NCBI GenBank assembly: GCA_028279595.1
Contig: JANQNK010000005.1
Span: 1-33,183, forward strand
Length of the DNA stretch: 33,183 nucleotides
DNA from: Thermoplasmatota archaeon
Lineage (GTDB): Archaea; Thermoplasmatota; JAKEGO01
Reading direction: 5' to 3'
Shown in pieces: positions 18,601 to 26,095 of this stretch. Position numbers and translations under genes: made by a program. Numbering within the stretch: position 1 is the first letter of the stretch; each line of letters opens with the position of its first letter. The notes under the pieces were generated by a model. It was not told where the DNA came from and did not search any database. It worked only from the letters and a program-made list of their open reading frames with translations.

Positions 18601-19434
18601 AGCGACACGACTATGCTCATCATTCTCATGGTCGTGGTGATCATCATATTCGCCGCTGCAGGCGCAGCGACCCGGGGCCGCAGGCAGCCAAGGCCGGGAG
18701 CCGGCCGTGCCCAGGAGCGCCCCGCAGAGGAGCCTCCCGGATACGGGCCTCCCCCATGGGAGGAGGAACGTACAAGGTATCCACCCGAGCCCTATCAGCC
18801 CGGCAGGGAGTATGACGCAGGACCTCCCAGGGAGATCGAGTTCACTCCCGAGACCGTCGAGTTCTCACCCGGCTCACCGCCTCCCGAGGAGGTCGAGGAG
18901 GACGAGGATGACATGGAGTGGCACAAGCCCTCGCCTAGGCCCAGCGCAGGCCCCTACGTACCCTCACTAGGCGGCACGGACGACCTCGATGAGTACCAAC
19001 CCCGTCACGACGATGAATGGGACGCCCTAATGGACAACACGGGTTTCGATGGAGCTCCCACGAGGGCACCTTCACCGGACCAATGGACCGCCGCGGAGGA
19101 GTCCGACTGGGATTCGGCCGACGGATGGGATGCTCCCGACAAGTCCGACCAGTGGACCGATTCGGAGCCAGAACCGCCTCAGGCTGATGACGGCTGGGGC
19201 GCAGAGCCTCCTCAGACTGACGATGGCTGGGGCACCCCGCAGGAACCACAGGACCAGGGCTGGAGCGACGACTTCGGCAGCGATGACGGCGCTTTCAATG
19301 ACGAGCACGGCGACGCCGACGTCCGACACTTCGACGGCGAGGCGACCGAGCAGAGGGGTCAGAAGAAGGAGAAGCCCGGCATCGGGATGTTCGACGACAT
19401 AGAAGAGGTCGACATCAGCGATTGGGACTTCTGA
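15676..19434 (+). CDS. Large surface glycoprotein: NosD/pectin-lyase-like beta-helix, about 7 Ig/cadherin-like repeats, TM anchor, acidic disordered tail
   Basis: Signal peptide, STIQAAID, GGNFW..Y.G.D.DEDGIGDDPF, repeated F.V.Y.D.D...P..V...DG units, many NxS/T sequons, TM MLIILMVVVIIIFAAAG. Confidence 0.85.
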   Translation: MRVITIFAVVIVTYALLLSTGAALKIVDDDWGGADHSTIQAAIDDSSPGETIHVYDGLYSEDLDIDIPVTLSGNGTAAEINALFTAVTAEDNLTLIGFKISGTNAIDVGPDATITDITIELSGSGTAITSGEGCMISDVIVSEGSIDLGPNNSVDSSRFEDSNIEFGGTGSTLTGSVIYNSTITIHSSGNVVYDNIIDLTTVDDTGTNSWNVTPYSDTNIIGGDIVGGNFWYAYDGVDSDEDGIGDDPFEIDGDTSDLAPLMYLPAPPTIENEDVTPRTGTIATTFNFTLTYTDINNDAPTYVRAVFDAMTINLTAADNGEPRNGSLYSAEELLDMGNHSFHFEVSDGTTVVSSDNITVRIVNSIPEVQGSRDPSTGTVETLFNFNLTVRDLDDETPTTVVLDLDGQEYSMQYIGGEGPVSGLNYSITLSLSKGVHQYRFKAIDPHGGINISGNRSFMVLNTPPEILDVSVENEEGLQRFTVSVHDPDGEEPEYARLMIDSKPEPMTLTDSDEDTFEYQKKLFVEEGYHEYYVQVSDDISVDVSDVEPLNLTGFPALKAPGFTPEDPRSEQSIHFSVVYQDRDGRAPSFVRVCIDGNDHQMNLTSGDYTTGAIYSYFTMLPRGVHTYSYNVSNGEYINMTENMTVEVMNTLPYGALNIIPAIPGPDENISLTLSYEDIDEDDPVGVKFWLDGDELDSVKDDLGQGQWVITSSGFVDHGSHVIRVKFADGHGNRTIRRWIPADNVPTFMTYIYNKNGKADVTVNVTATDIDNDDLDVLLVLDGSTYPLSSIDGNETNTTNGMNFTITIPFLEGDNDFDIVVNDTILESTDSFSQTVFIKDNLDPELEQLGHTVGVPEDEITSATPITFKVVYKDPDPEEGISPLVKIVLYRESDERVEGIKLNAVSDDESHSRYEATVFVFEGSWTYHAIAYDGWGGEANTTNRTITIQGDAPIEPVVEEDEPQDYGPLQGLLQALSDTTMLIILMVVVIIIFAAAGAATRGRRQPRPGAGRAQERPAEEPPGYGPPPWEEERTRYPPEPYQPGREYDAGPPREIEFTPETVEFSPGSPPPEEVEEDEDDMEWHKPSPRPSAGPYVPSLGGTDDLDEYQPRHDDEWDALMDNTGFDGAPTRAPSPDQWTAAEESDWDSADGWDAPDKSDQWTDSEPEPPQADDGWGAEPPQTDDGWGTPQEPQDQGWSDDFGSDDGAFNDEHGDADVRHFDGEATEQRGQKKEKPGIGMFDDIEEVDISDWDF
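19168..19266 (+). repeat. Three degenerate 33-nt in-frame tandem repeats (PEPPQADDGWG / AEPPQTDDGWG / TPQEPQDQGWS)
   Basis: Units at 19168-19200, 19201-19233 and 19234-19266 read directly from the sequence. Confidence 0.8.
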
Positions 19435-19527
19435 GGCCCTCTTTTACCGCATCATATCGGACACTTTCCAGCGTCCGCTGTCGCAGGAATTAAATACCTC
19501 CCAGGGTATCCCCGGGACGGTGTTAGA

Positions 19528-19746
19528 ATGGGCGTCTTCCCGAGGGCACAGGTGAAACGGATAATCAAGAGCGCCGGCGCGGAGATGGTGTCGAAGGACG
19601 CTGTCGACACGATGAACCAGCTTATGGAGGACCGGGCGCTCGAGCTCACCTCCCTGGTCGTCGAGATCGCGAAACACGCCGGCAGGAAGACCGTCCGCGA
19701 CGAGGACTTCATCCTCCTCGACCGCATCCACAGGACGCTCACGTAG
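19528..19746 (+). CDS. Archaeal histone (HMf family)
   Basis: P.A.V.RIIK.AGAE.VS.DA ... AKHAGRKTV..ED histone-fold signature; TTAAATA box at 19490-19496. Confidence 0.92.
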   Translation: MGVFPRAQVKRIIKSAGAEMVSKDAVDTMNQLMEDRALELTSLVVEIAKHAGRKTVRDEDFILLDRIHRTLT

Positions 19747-19754
19747 GTGTGCCG

Positions 19755-20894
19755 ATGTACCTGGACCTGTCGCCCGAACAGCTCATGATACGTGACACCG
19801 TCCGCAACTTCTCGGATCAGGTCATCGAGCCCAGGTCGGAGGAGATGGACCGTTCCAAGGAGTTCCCGTGGGACGTCATCAAGGCAGCATCCGAGATCGG
19901 CCTCATGGGGATGACCGTTCCCGCCGAGTACGGTGGAACTGGTTCCGATACGGTTTCCTACACCCTGGCGATCGAGGAGCTCTCGAGGGCCTCCGCGGTC
20001 ATCGGAGTCATCATTGCGGTCCACAACTCGGTCTCGGCATATCCTATAGTTAAGTTCGGGACGGAGGAACAGAAGAAGACAGTACTGCCGAGGATGGCGA
20101 GCGGGGAGGCCATAGGCGGGTTCGCGGTGACCGAGGCGGATGCCGGTAGCGATGCAGGCGGTGTGAGGACGACCGCCGAGAGGGACGGCGACGATTGGGT
20201 CCTGAACGGCAGCAAGATCTTCATCACGAACGGCAGCGTATCCGAGTACGTCATCGTCATGGCCCGGACAGCATCCGGGACCGGGTCGAAGGATTTCTCG
20301 ACCTTCATCGTCGAGAAGGGCACTCCTGGCTACACCTACGGCGTCCTCGAGGACAAGATGGGCATCACGGGATCGGACACGTCCGAACTGATATTCGAGG
20401 ACGTGAGGGTCTCCGACTCGATGCGTCTGGGCAACGTCGGCGACGGTTTCAAGATCGCCATGGTGTCCCTCGACGGCGGCAGGATAGGCATCGCCGCGCA
20501 GGGGGTCGGAATAGCCCAGGCCGCACTCGACCAGTGCATCAAGTACTCCATGGAGAGGGAGCAGTTCGGCCGCCCGATCGCGAAGTTCCAGGCGATCCAG
20601 TGGAAGCTCGCGAACATGGCGACCCGGATCGAGGCAGCGAGGAATCTGGCACTCCATGCCGCCCAGCTGAAGGACCTCGGTCAGCGCTTCACTAAGGAGT
20701 CCAGCATGGCCAAGCTGTACGCCACGGAGACGGCCACCTGGGCGGCGATCGAAGCGGTACAGATCCACGGCGGCTACGGCTACACGAAGGATTATCCGGT
20801 CGAGAGGTACATGCGGGACGCCAAGGTCACCGAGATATACGAAGGCACTTCTGAGGTCCAGAAGATGGTCATAGCCCGCGACCTTCTGAAGTGA
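19755..20894 (+). CDS. Acyl-CoA dehydrogenase (short/branched-chain type)
   Basis: FAVTEADAGSD, LNGSKIFITNG, LDGGRIGIAAQ, QIHGGYGY and IYEGTSEVQ motifs. AGGTG RBS overlaps the histone stop codon; alternative GTG at 19749. Confidence 0.95.
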   Translation: MYLDLSPEQLMIRDTVRNFSDQVIEPRSEEMDRSKEFPWDVIKAASEIGLMGMTVPAEYGGTGSDTVSYTLAIEELSRASAVIGVIIAVHNSVSAYPIVKFGTEEQKKTVLPRMASGEAIGGFAVTEADAGSDAGGVRTTAERDGDDWVLNGSKIFITNGSVSEYVIVMARTASGTGSKDFSTFIVEKGTPGYTYGVLEDKMGITGSDTSELIFEDVRVSDSMRLGNVGDGFKIAMVSLDGGRIGIAAQGVGIAQAALDQCIKYSMEREQFGRPIAKFQAIQWKLANMATRIEAARNLALHAAQLKDLGQRFTKESSMAKLYATETATWAAIEAVQIHGGYGYTKDYPVERYMRDAKVTEIYEGTSEVQKMVIARDLLK

Positions 20895-20942
20895 TAAATG
20901 ACCCGTTCTCTAGCAAGATCACTCTATACTGTTATTGATAAC

Positions 20943-21482
20943 TCATTGCTCGGAGTACCGCTCGTGCTCGCTGAAAACGCAGCCGCAGTAGGGCTGGCGG
21001 TAGAGCTGCAGCTCCTTCGACATCTCTATCGACCGCTTCCAGCCGTCCCTGAAGTCACGGTACAGGAACTCGACCCCGTGCCGTTCCCCTGCCTCAGCAC
21101 CGGCCCGTCTCACGGCCTCATGGTCCTGGTGTTTCGAGACCAGCAGTGTCGTGGTGAAGGCGTCGAAGCCGTTCGCCTCGGCGAACGCTGCCGTCCTTCC
21201 AAGACGTAGTTCGTAACAGCGGACGCATCTCTCCTTGCCATCCGCAACGCTGGACTGGATGTCCTCGAGCCATTCCGCGAGGGGGTACTCGTCGATATAG
21301 TGTACATTGATACTTCTCAACCCCGAGTAACGCTGGACCTCGTGCATCCTCTTCTGGTACTCCTTGTAAGGATGTATGTTGGGATTATACCAGAGCGCCT
21401 CCACGTCATGGCCCTCTCCCTCCAGGGTCTCCCGCGGGTAGGTCAGGCATGGAGCGCAGCACGAATGGATCAGTACCCTCAT
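20943..21482 (-). CDS. queH: Epoxyqueuosine reductase QueH (DUF208) family protein
   Basis: HSCCAPC, YNPNIHP, RC..C...RL, FTTTL and YRQPYCGC.FS motifs; start at MRVLIH, about 25 nt from an AATAAAT box. Confidence 0.88.
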   Translation of the reverse strand: MRVLIHSCCAPCLTYPRETLEGEGHDVEALWYNPNIHPYKEYQKRMHEVQRYSGLRSINVHYIDEYPLAEWLEDIQSSVADGKERCVRCYELRLGRTAAFAEANGFDAFTTTLLVSKHQDHEAVRRAGAEAGERHGVEFLYRDFRDGWKRSIEMSKELQLYRQPYCGCVFSEHERYSEQ

Positions 21483-21660
21483 CCGATTGTCATCGACGTT
21501 TTCCGATTTATTGGTTTCCTTCGACCTCCGACGACGCGCTCGTCGACGGGCCAGTCGGTCGACGACGCGTATCATTGGCCCAGGATTTGAGTGGTGCTGT
21601 TCACAGTTACATATTTATACGAAACCCCCTTTCGAATGAAGCGCAAGTCGGGGAATGAGT

Positions 21661-21939
21661 ATGAAGATGCCCAGGAAGATCAAACGGTACTGTCCGTCGT
21701 GCAAGAGGCACACACCCCACGAGGTGGAGCGGGTCAAGAAGAGGAAGGCCAGCGAGCTCAAGTGGGGGCAGCGCCAGTTCAGACGTGTCACTGCAGGGTA
21801 CAGGGGTTTCCCGAGACCCAAGCCGGAGGGCCGTGAGAAGCCCACCAAGCGTATCCACATCAGGTACAGATGCGACACCTGCAAGAAGGCCCATCAGCCA
21901 GCCAGCCAGAGGGCGAAGAAGTTCGAACTGGAGGAGTGA
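21661..21939 (+). CDS. rpl44e: 50S ribosomal protein L44e (eL42)
   Basis: [20 protein letters not shown]...WGQRQ...GYRGFPRP...KPTK...CDTCKKAH; alternative ATG at 21655. Confidence 0.96.
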   Translation: MKMPRKIKRYCPSCKRHTPHEVERVKKRKASELKWGQRQFRRVTAGYRGFPRPKPEGREKPTKRIHIRYRCDTCKKAHQPASQRAKKFELEE

Positions 21940-21941
21940 TC

Positions 21942-22109
21942 ATGACTGGCGAGTTCATAATGGTCAAATGCCCGGATTGCGGAAACGATCAGCGGATCTT
22001 CTCGAGGCCCGCCACCGAGGTCAACTGCCTCGTGTGCGGATCCCCCCTCGCAAGGCCCACGGGCGGCAAGGCGGCGCTGACCGCCGAGACCGTCGAGGAG
22101 GAACAGTGA
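21942..22109 (+). CDS. rps27e: 30S ribosomal protein S27e
   Basis: F..VKCPDCGN.Q.IF...V.CLVCG..LA.PTGGKA; conserved operon position. Confidence 0.95.
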   Translation: MTGEFIMVKCPDCGNDQRIFSRPATEVNCLVCGSPLARPTGGKAALTAETVEEEQ

Positions 22110-22110
22110 C

Positions 22111-22896
22111 ATGGTGAAGGTGAACGAATACCCCGAAGAGGGAGAGTTCGTCGTCGGAACGGTGAAGAACGTCAAGGACTACGGCGCCTTCGTCACCCTC
22201 GACGAATACCTCGACAAGGAGGGTTTCGTTCACATCGCGGATGTCAGTTCCGGTTGGATCAAGTACATCAGGGACCACGTATGGGAAGGCCAGAAGGTCG
22301 TCTGCAAGGTGACCAAGGTCAAACCCGAGATGGGCCACATCGACCTCTCTCTCAAATCGGTCAACGATCATCAGAAGCGCCTCAAGATCCAGGAGTGGAA
22401 GAACGAGTTCAAGGCCGAGAACCTTCTCAAGCTCGTTGCTGACCGCACCGATTCCGAGTACGAGGTCGCGCTCGAGGCCTACGGGACCGAACTGGTCAAG
22501 GAGTTCGGCGCCCTTTACAACGCATTCATGGAGGCCTCGGCCGAGCCGGACGAGTTCCCGAGGACCCACAAGGGGGACTGGGTCGATGTCTTCGTCCAGA
22601 TCGCCCAGGAGAACATCTCCCCTCCTTCGGTGACCATCGACGGGGTCCTTTCGATGAACATCATCGATCCCGACGGCGTCGAGGTGATCCGCGATGCCCT
22701 CAAGGCCGTCGAGAACGCGATCGACGACGACGAGCTCGAGGTCCACGTATCCTACATCGGCGCACCGCGCTACAGGGTACAGGTAAAGGCACCCGACTAT
22801 AAGACCGCCGAGGAGGCGATCAAGAAGGCCTCCGACGTCGGCATCGACCTCATCCTCTCCAAGGAAGGCGAGGCGAGCTTCACAAGGAAGGGGTGA
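22111..22896 (+). CDS. eif2a: Translation initiation factor aIF2 subunit alpha
   Basis: S1 domain (YPEEGEFVVGTV...YGAFVTLDEY...GWIKYIRD), HIDLSLK and YIGAPRYR motifs. Confidence 0.96.
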   Translation: MVKVNEYPEEGEFVVGTVKNVKDYGAFVTLDEYLDKEGFVHIADVSSGWIKYIRDHVWEGQKVVCKVTKVKPEMGHIDLSLKSVNDHQKRLKIQEWKNEFKAENLLKLVADRTDSEYEVALEAYGTELVKEFGALYNAFMEASAEPDEFPRTHKGDWVDVFVQIAQENISPPSVTIDGVLSMNIIDPDGVEVIRDALKAVENAIDDDELEVHVSYIGAPRYRVQVKAPDYKTAEEAIKKASDVGIDLILSKEGEASFTRKG

Positions 22897-22903
22897 TCCA
22901 TCG

Positions 22904-23068
22904 ATGAAGAGCCTCATGAGACGTTGTTCATGCGGCCGGTACACGCTCCAGGAGGCCTGCCCCGAGTGCGGCTCCTCGGTCGACCCGCTCATTCCTCCCA
23001 GATACTCTCCGGAGGACCGGTTCGGCAAGTACAGGCGGCGTGCCAAGAGGGAGATGGCAGAGGAGTGA
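22904..23068 (+). CDS. nop10: H/ACA RNP protein Nop10 (54 aa; not in the ORF track)
   Basis: Hand translation MKSLMRRCSCGRYTLQEACPECG...PPRYSPEDRFGKYRR; GGTGA RBS; canonical position after aIF2alpha. Confidence 0.93.
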   Translation: MKSLMRRCSCGRYTLQEACPECGSSVDPLIPPRYSPEDRFGKYRRRAKREMAEE

Positions 23069-23127
23069 CCCGTTCGTCCAGACCCCTATACGAAATCATT
23101 TAATACCTCGTGACCGAATTCTGAGCC

Positions 23128-24162
23128 ATGAAGGCAGCCGTCATTCCGATCATCGTGATAGTTGTCCTCGTGGGTGCGTACTTCATGGTCAGCATGGAGG
23201 ACGACAGCGGGGGGAACAAGGCACCCAAGGCCGTTATCAGGTACGAGGGCGTCCAGCAGGCGGGCAAGCTCATCAGGTTCTACTCCGATGACTCGTCGGA
23301 CCCCGACGGGGATCCCCTGTCCTACCACTGGTCCTTCGGGGACGGCGCCACATGGCCCACCAAGAACACACAGGTGTACCACAGGTACCAGGAGCCAGGT
23401 TCCTATACTGTCACCCTCGTGGTCAACGACGGGTCCAAGAACTCCAAGACGACAGTTGACCTGACGATAACCGAATCCGACAACAGGCGGCCCTACGCCA
23501 GGGCCGAGGACGTCGGCATGGTCTTCCTCGACGAGGAGGACGGCGAGGTGACGGTCCGGTTCGACGCCAACGGCTCCTCCGATCCCGACAATGACGATCT
23601 CTTCTTCTACTGGGACTTCAACGACACCGTCGATCTCAACAATGACAGCATAATGAACAATGACGCCGAGGCCGAGGGCGCTTCGGTGGACTGGACATTC
23701 GACCAGTGGGGAGACCACAACGTCACCCTGACGGTCGCCGACGGCGAGGGAGAGAGCGCTGAGGACATACTGACCGACACCGACAGGATCGTCGTGATGG
23801 TGCGGTGGCCCACTCCGCAGGCCGATCTCGAGGCCCAGAGGAGGGATGGGATCCTGCTCGATTTCGAGATATGGCTTCGCAATGTCACAAGGAACATTCC
23901 CATCGAGGAGGCGAACTGGTACCTCGTGCGGGAAGGATCGACATATGCGAACGGGTCCCTGGCCGACAGCGGGGATGTGACGTACAGGGACGACGATGTA
24001 GACGGGAACATCTCATCAGAGGATAACATCGCCATCCAATCATCGTCCGATTCCGAACCGAACGACGTGTTCTACATCACGTACACGCTGAACGAGGTAC
24101 CCGGCCAGGAGCGCGGCGGCTTTGCCGCGCAGATCGGATACGTACTTCTGCCCGAGACCTAG
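23128..24162 (+). CDS. Membrane-anchored protein with two PKD domains
   Basis: N-terminal TM, SSDPDGDPLSYHWSFGDG...PGSYTVTLVV, second PKD (SSDPDND..F.WDF...VTLTVAD), C-terminal DDDVDGNISSED loop. Confidence 0.85.
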   Translation: MKAAVIPIIVIVVLVGAYFMVSMEDDSGGNKAPKAVIRYEGVQQAGKLIRFYSDDSSDPDGDPLSYHWSFGDGATWPTKNTQVYHRYQEPGSYTVTLVVNDGSKNSKTTVDLTITESDNRRPYARAEDVGMVFLDEEDGEVTVRFDANGSSDPDNDDLFFYWDFNDTVDLNNDSIMNNDAEAEGASVDWTFDQWGDHNVTLTVADGEGESAEDILTDTDRIVVMVRWPTPQADLEAQRRDGILLDFEIWLRNVTRNIPIEEANWYLVREGSTYANGSLADSGDVTYRDDDVDGNISSEDNIAIQSSSDSEPNDVFYITYTLNEVPGQERGGFAAQIGYVLLPET

Positions 24163-24228
24163 GCAGGGAAATGGACAGAGATATCTCTACCAGCATATCG
24201 TTCAGTCGTAGACCGGGCGGACGGTCCT

Positions 24229-25395
24229 TCAGGCCTTCTTGACCTTCTTGTGTAGGACCTTCATCACATCGTCCGGCAGGCCTTCCGACGGCGTTGAGAC
24301 ATCATCACCTTTTCCCGCCTGGACTATGGAATCGATCTCCGCGTTCTCCTCGGCCATCTCCTTGCCCAGTATCTCGAGCTGTGCCTGGATCTCTCCAGGC
24401 TTCGGGATGGTACCGAGGATGTCCTCCGATGTACCTATCTCCGCCTCGAGGTCCCTGAGCTCGTGGACGGTGTGTTCGCCCGTCTTCTGCGAGGCTCCCA
24501 GATATTCGGAAACGCCCTCGACCATCTTGGAGATCTCGAACGGGAATATGATCTTCGTCGACTTTCCGTTCGCGACCTTCGCGAGCGTGTCAAGCGATAG
24601 CACGGTAAGCGATTTCTGGTCAAGCGGTGTCGAACCGAGCGAAAGTATCCTCAAACGCTGGGCCTCACCCTGGGCGCGCAGGATCCGCGCGAGCCTCTCA
24701 CCCTCGGCCCTCAGGACCTGGGCCTGACGTTCGCCCTCTGCGGTCAGGATGTTGGACCTCTTGTCGCCCTCGGCCACCAGGATCGCGGAGCGCTTCTCGC
24801 CGTCGGCGATCAGGATCGCGGCACGGCGCTTCCTCTCCGAGGCGGTCTGCTCCTCCATCGCCTCCTTGACGGAGCCAACAGGATCGAGCTCGCGGATCTC
24901 CACCTTCGTGACCTGGACACCCCACGGGTCGGTCGCCTCGTCGATGATGTCCCTCAGCTCGATGTTGATCTTCTCTCTGTTGAAGAGCAGGTCGTCGAGT
25001 TCCATGAGGCCGATGATGGACCTCAGGCTCGTCTGCGCCAGCGCGACAGTGGCCGTGACGTAATTCTGGACATTGAATATCGCCTTCTCGGGGTCGACGG
25101 CCTTCAGGTAGATGACGGCGTCGACGTTGGTCGGGGAGTTGTCCTTGGTTATGACCTCCTGCCTCGGGACGTCGTACATCTGCTCGCGCATATCCACGCG
25201 TATCACGTGCGATATGAACGGCATAATAACATGAAATCCCGGTCTCAGCGCCCTTCTGTACGTTCCAAGTCTGATGAGCAATCCCGTCTCCCACGGCTTG
25301 ATGATCACTACGCCCTTCGCGAGCAGTAGAACCACCATGAGCAGTATTACCGCGAGCAGACAGATTCCTATGGTTACCACATCTGCCAATGCCAT
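24229..25395 (-). CDS. SPFH/band 7 (stomatin/QmcA-like) protein
   Basis: QEVITKDN..VDAVIY, AQTSLRSIIG, TDPWGV.V..VEI and AEGEK/AEGER repeats. Confidence 0.94.
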   Translation of the reverse strand: MALADVVTIGICLLAVILLMVVLLLAKGVVIIKPWETGLLIRLGTYRRALRPGFHVIMPFISHVIRVDMREQMYDVPRQEVITKDNSPTNVDAVIYLKAVDPEKAIFNVQNYVTATVALAQTSLRSIIGLMELDDLLFNREKINIELRDIIDEATDPWGVQVTKVEIRELDPVGSVKEAMEEQTASERKRRAAILIADGEKRSAILVAEGDKRSNILTAEGERQAQVLRAEGERLARILRAQGEAQRLRILSLGSTPLDQKSLTVLSLDTLAKVANGKSTKIIFPFEISKMVEGVSEYLGASQKTGEHTVHELRDLEAEIGTSEDILGTIPKPGEIQAQLEILGKEMAEENAEIDSIVQAGKGDDVSTPSEGLPDDVMKVLHKKVKKA

Positions 25396-25407
25396 TCCTC
25401 CTCTGTT

Positions 25408-25863
25408 TCACTTCTCTTTTCGCCCGGTCTCGCCGAGCCTCTCGACGGTGACATGGACCCCCTCGCTCGCCACCACCTTGATGCGCGCCCCCGCGGGTAT
25501 CCTCTCCTCCGCCTTGGCGCTCCATATCTCGCTGTGGATCTTGACCTTCCCCGACATCGAATCGGGGACGATATCCTTGGTGACGATACCGGTCTTGCCG
25601 ACGATCGACCACCGTCCGAGCGGGATGGGAGGCCGTTCCGGAGAGAGCTTCTTGTACAGGAATATCGAACCGATCGTGATGGGAATGACGAACATCGTCG
25701 CCACTATGATCGCGATCAGCGGGTCCGGTACGAACACGAGGAAGATCCCCAGTATGATAAGGACCGTCGCCGGAATGCCGAAGAAGAATCCCGGCGTCGA
25801 TATCTCGACGAACAACAGGATGATCCCCACTATGATCACCAGGAGAGCTATCTCAAAGGCCAT
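25408..25863 (-). CDS. NfeD family protein (short, OB-fold)
   Basis: E...PGFF.G TM region, G.VKI.SE.WSA, V...EGV.V.V; canonical partner upstream of the SPFH gene. Confidence 0.9.
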   Translation of the reverse strand: MAFEIALLVIIVGIILLFVEISTPGFFFGIPATVLIILGIFLVFVPDPLIAIIVATMFVIPITIGSIFLYKKLSPERPPIPLGRWSIVGKTGIVTKDIVPDSMSGKVKIHSEIWSAKAEERIPAGARIKVVASEGVHVTVERLGETGRKEK

Positions 25864-26095
25864 CAGCACTTATTGTCTGGCTGTTATTTAAACAGTTCTA
25901 TTCGACCCACAACAACGATTCATGCGCACGGTAGAGGCGTTGAGCCCTGCCGTATTCCGATGCATATCCAAGTCCTATGAGGAATGCGCTCGCCGGCGAC
26001 CCGGTCCGTCGGCATCGCGTCCCGGGACCTTTCTTTTGAGAGCGGTTCCGAGCCGTCGTCGAAAGTGATAACTACCGGAGATGCGATGCGCATGC

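Noticed and set aside
19168-19266. Periodic 33-nt repeats as a possible CRISPR array
   Set aside because: In-frame degenerate coding repeats with no spacers and no cas genes.
19452-20768. 438-aa antisense ORF over the histone and acyl-CoA dehydrogenase genes
   Set aside because: Shadow ORF caused by GC-rich codon bias; no recognisable motifs; lies opposite well-supported genes.
21529-21569. 10-nt direct repeat CGACGACGCG with short overlapping palindromes between queH and rpl44e
   Set aside because: CGAC/GTCG words are very frequent in this sequence; too short to distinguish from chance.
21483-21575. Arg-rich N-terminal extension of QueH given in the ORF track
   Set aside because: The family motif starts at MRVLIH, and a TATA-like box lies inside the extension, which favours a leaderless start at 21482.
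25870-26095. GC-rich intergenic region between nfeD and pgk as a possible ncRNA or small ORF
   Set aside because: No convincing stem, C/D box pair or coding signal.
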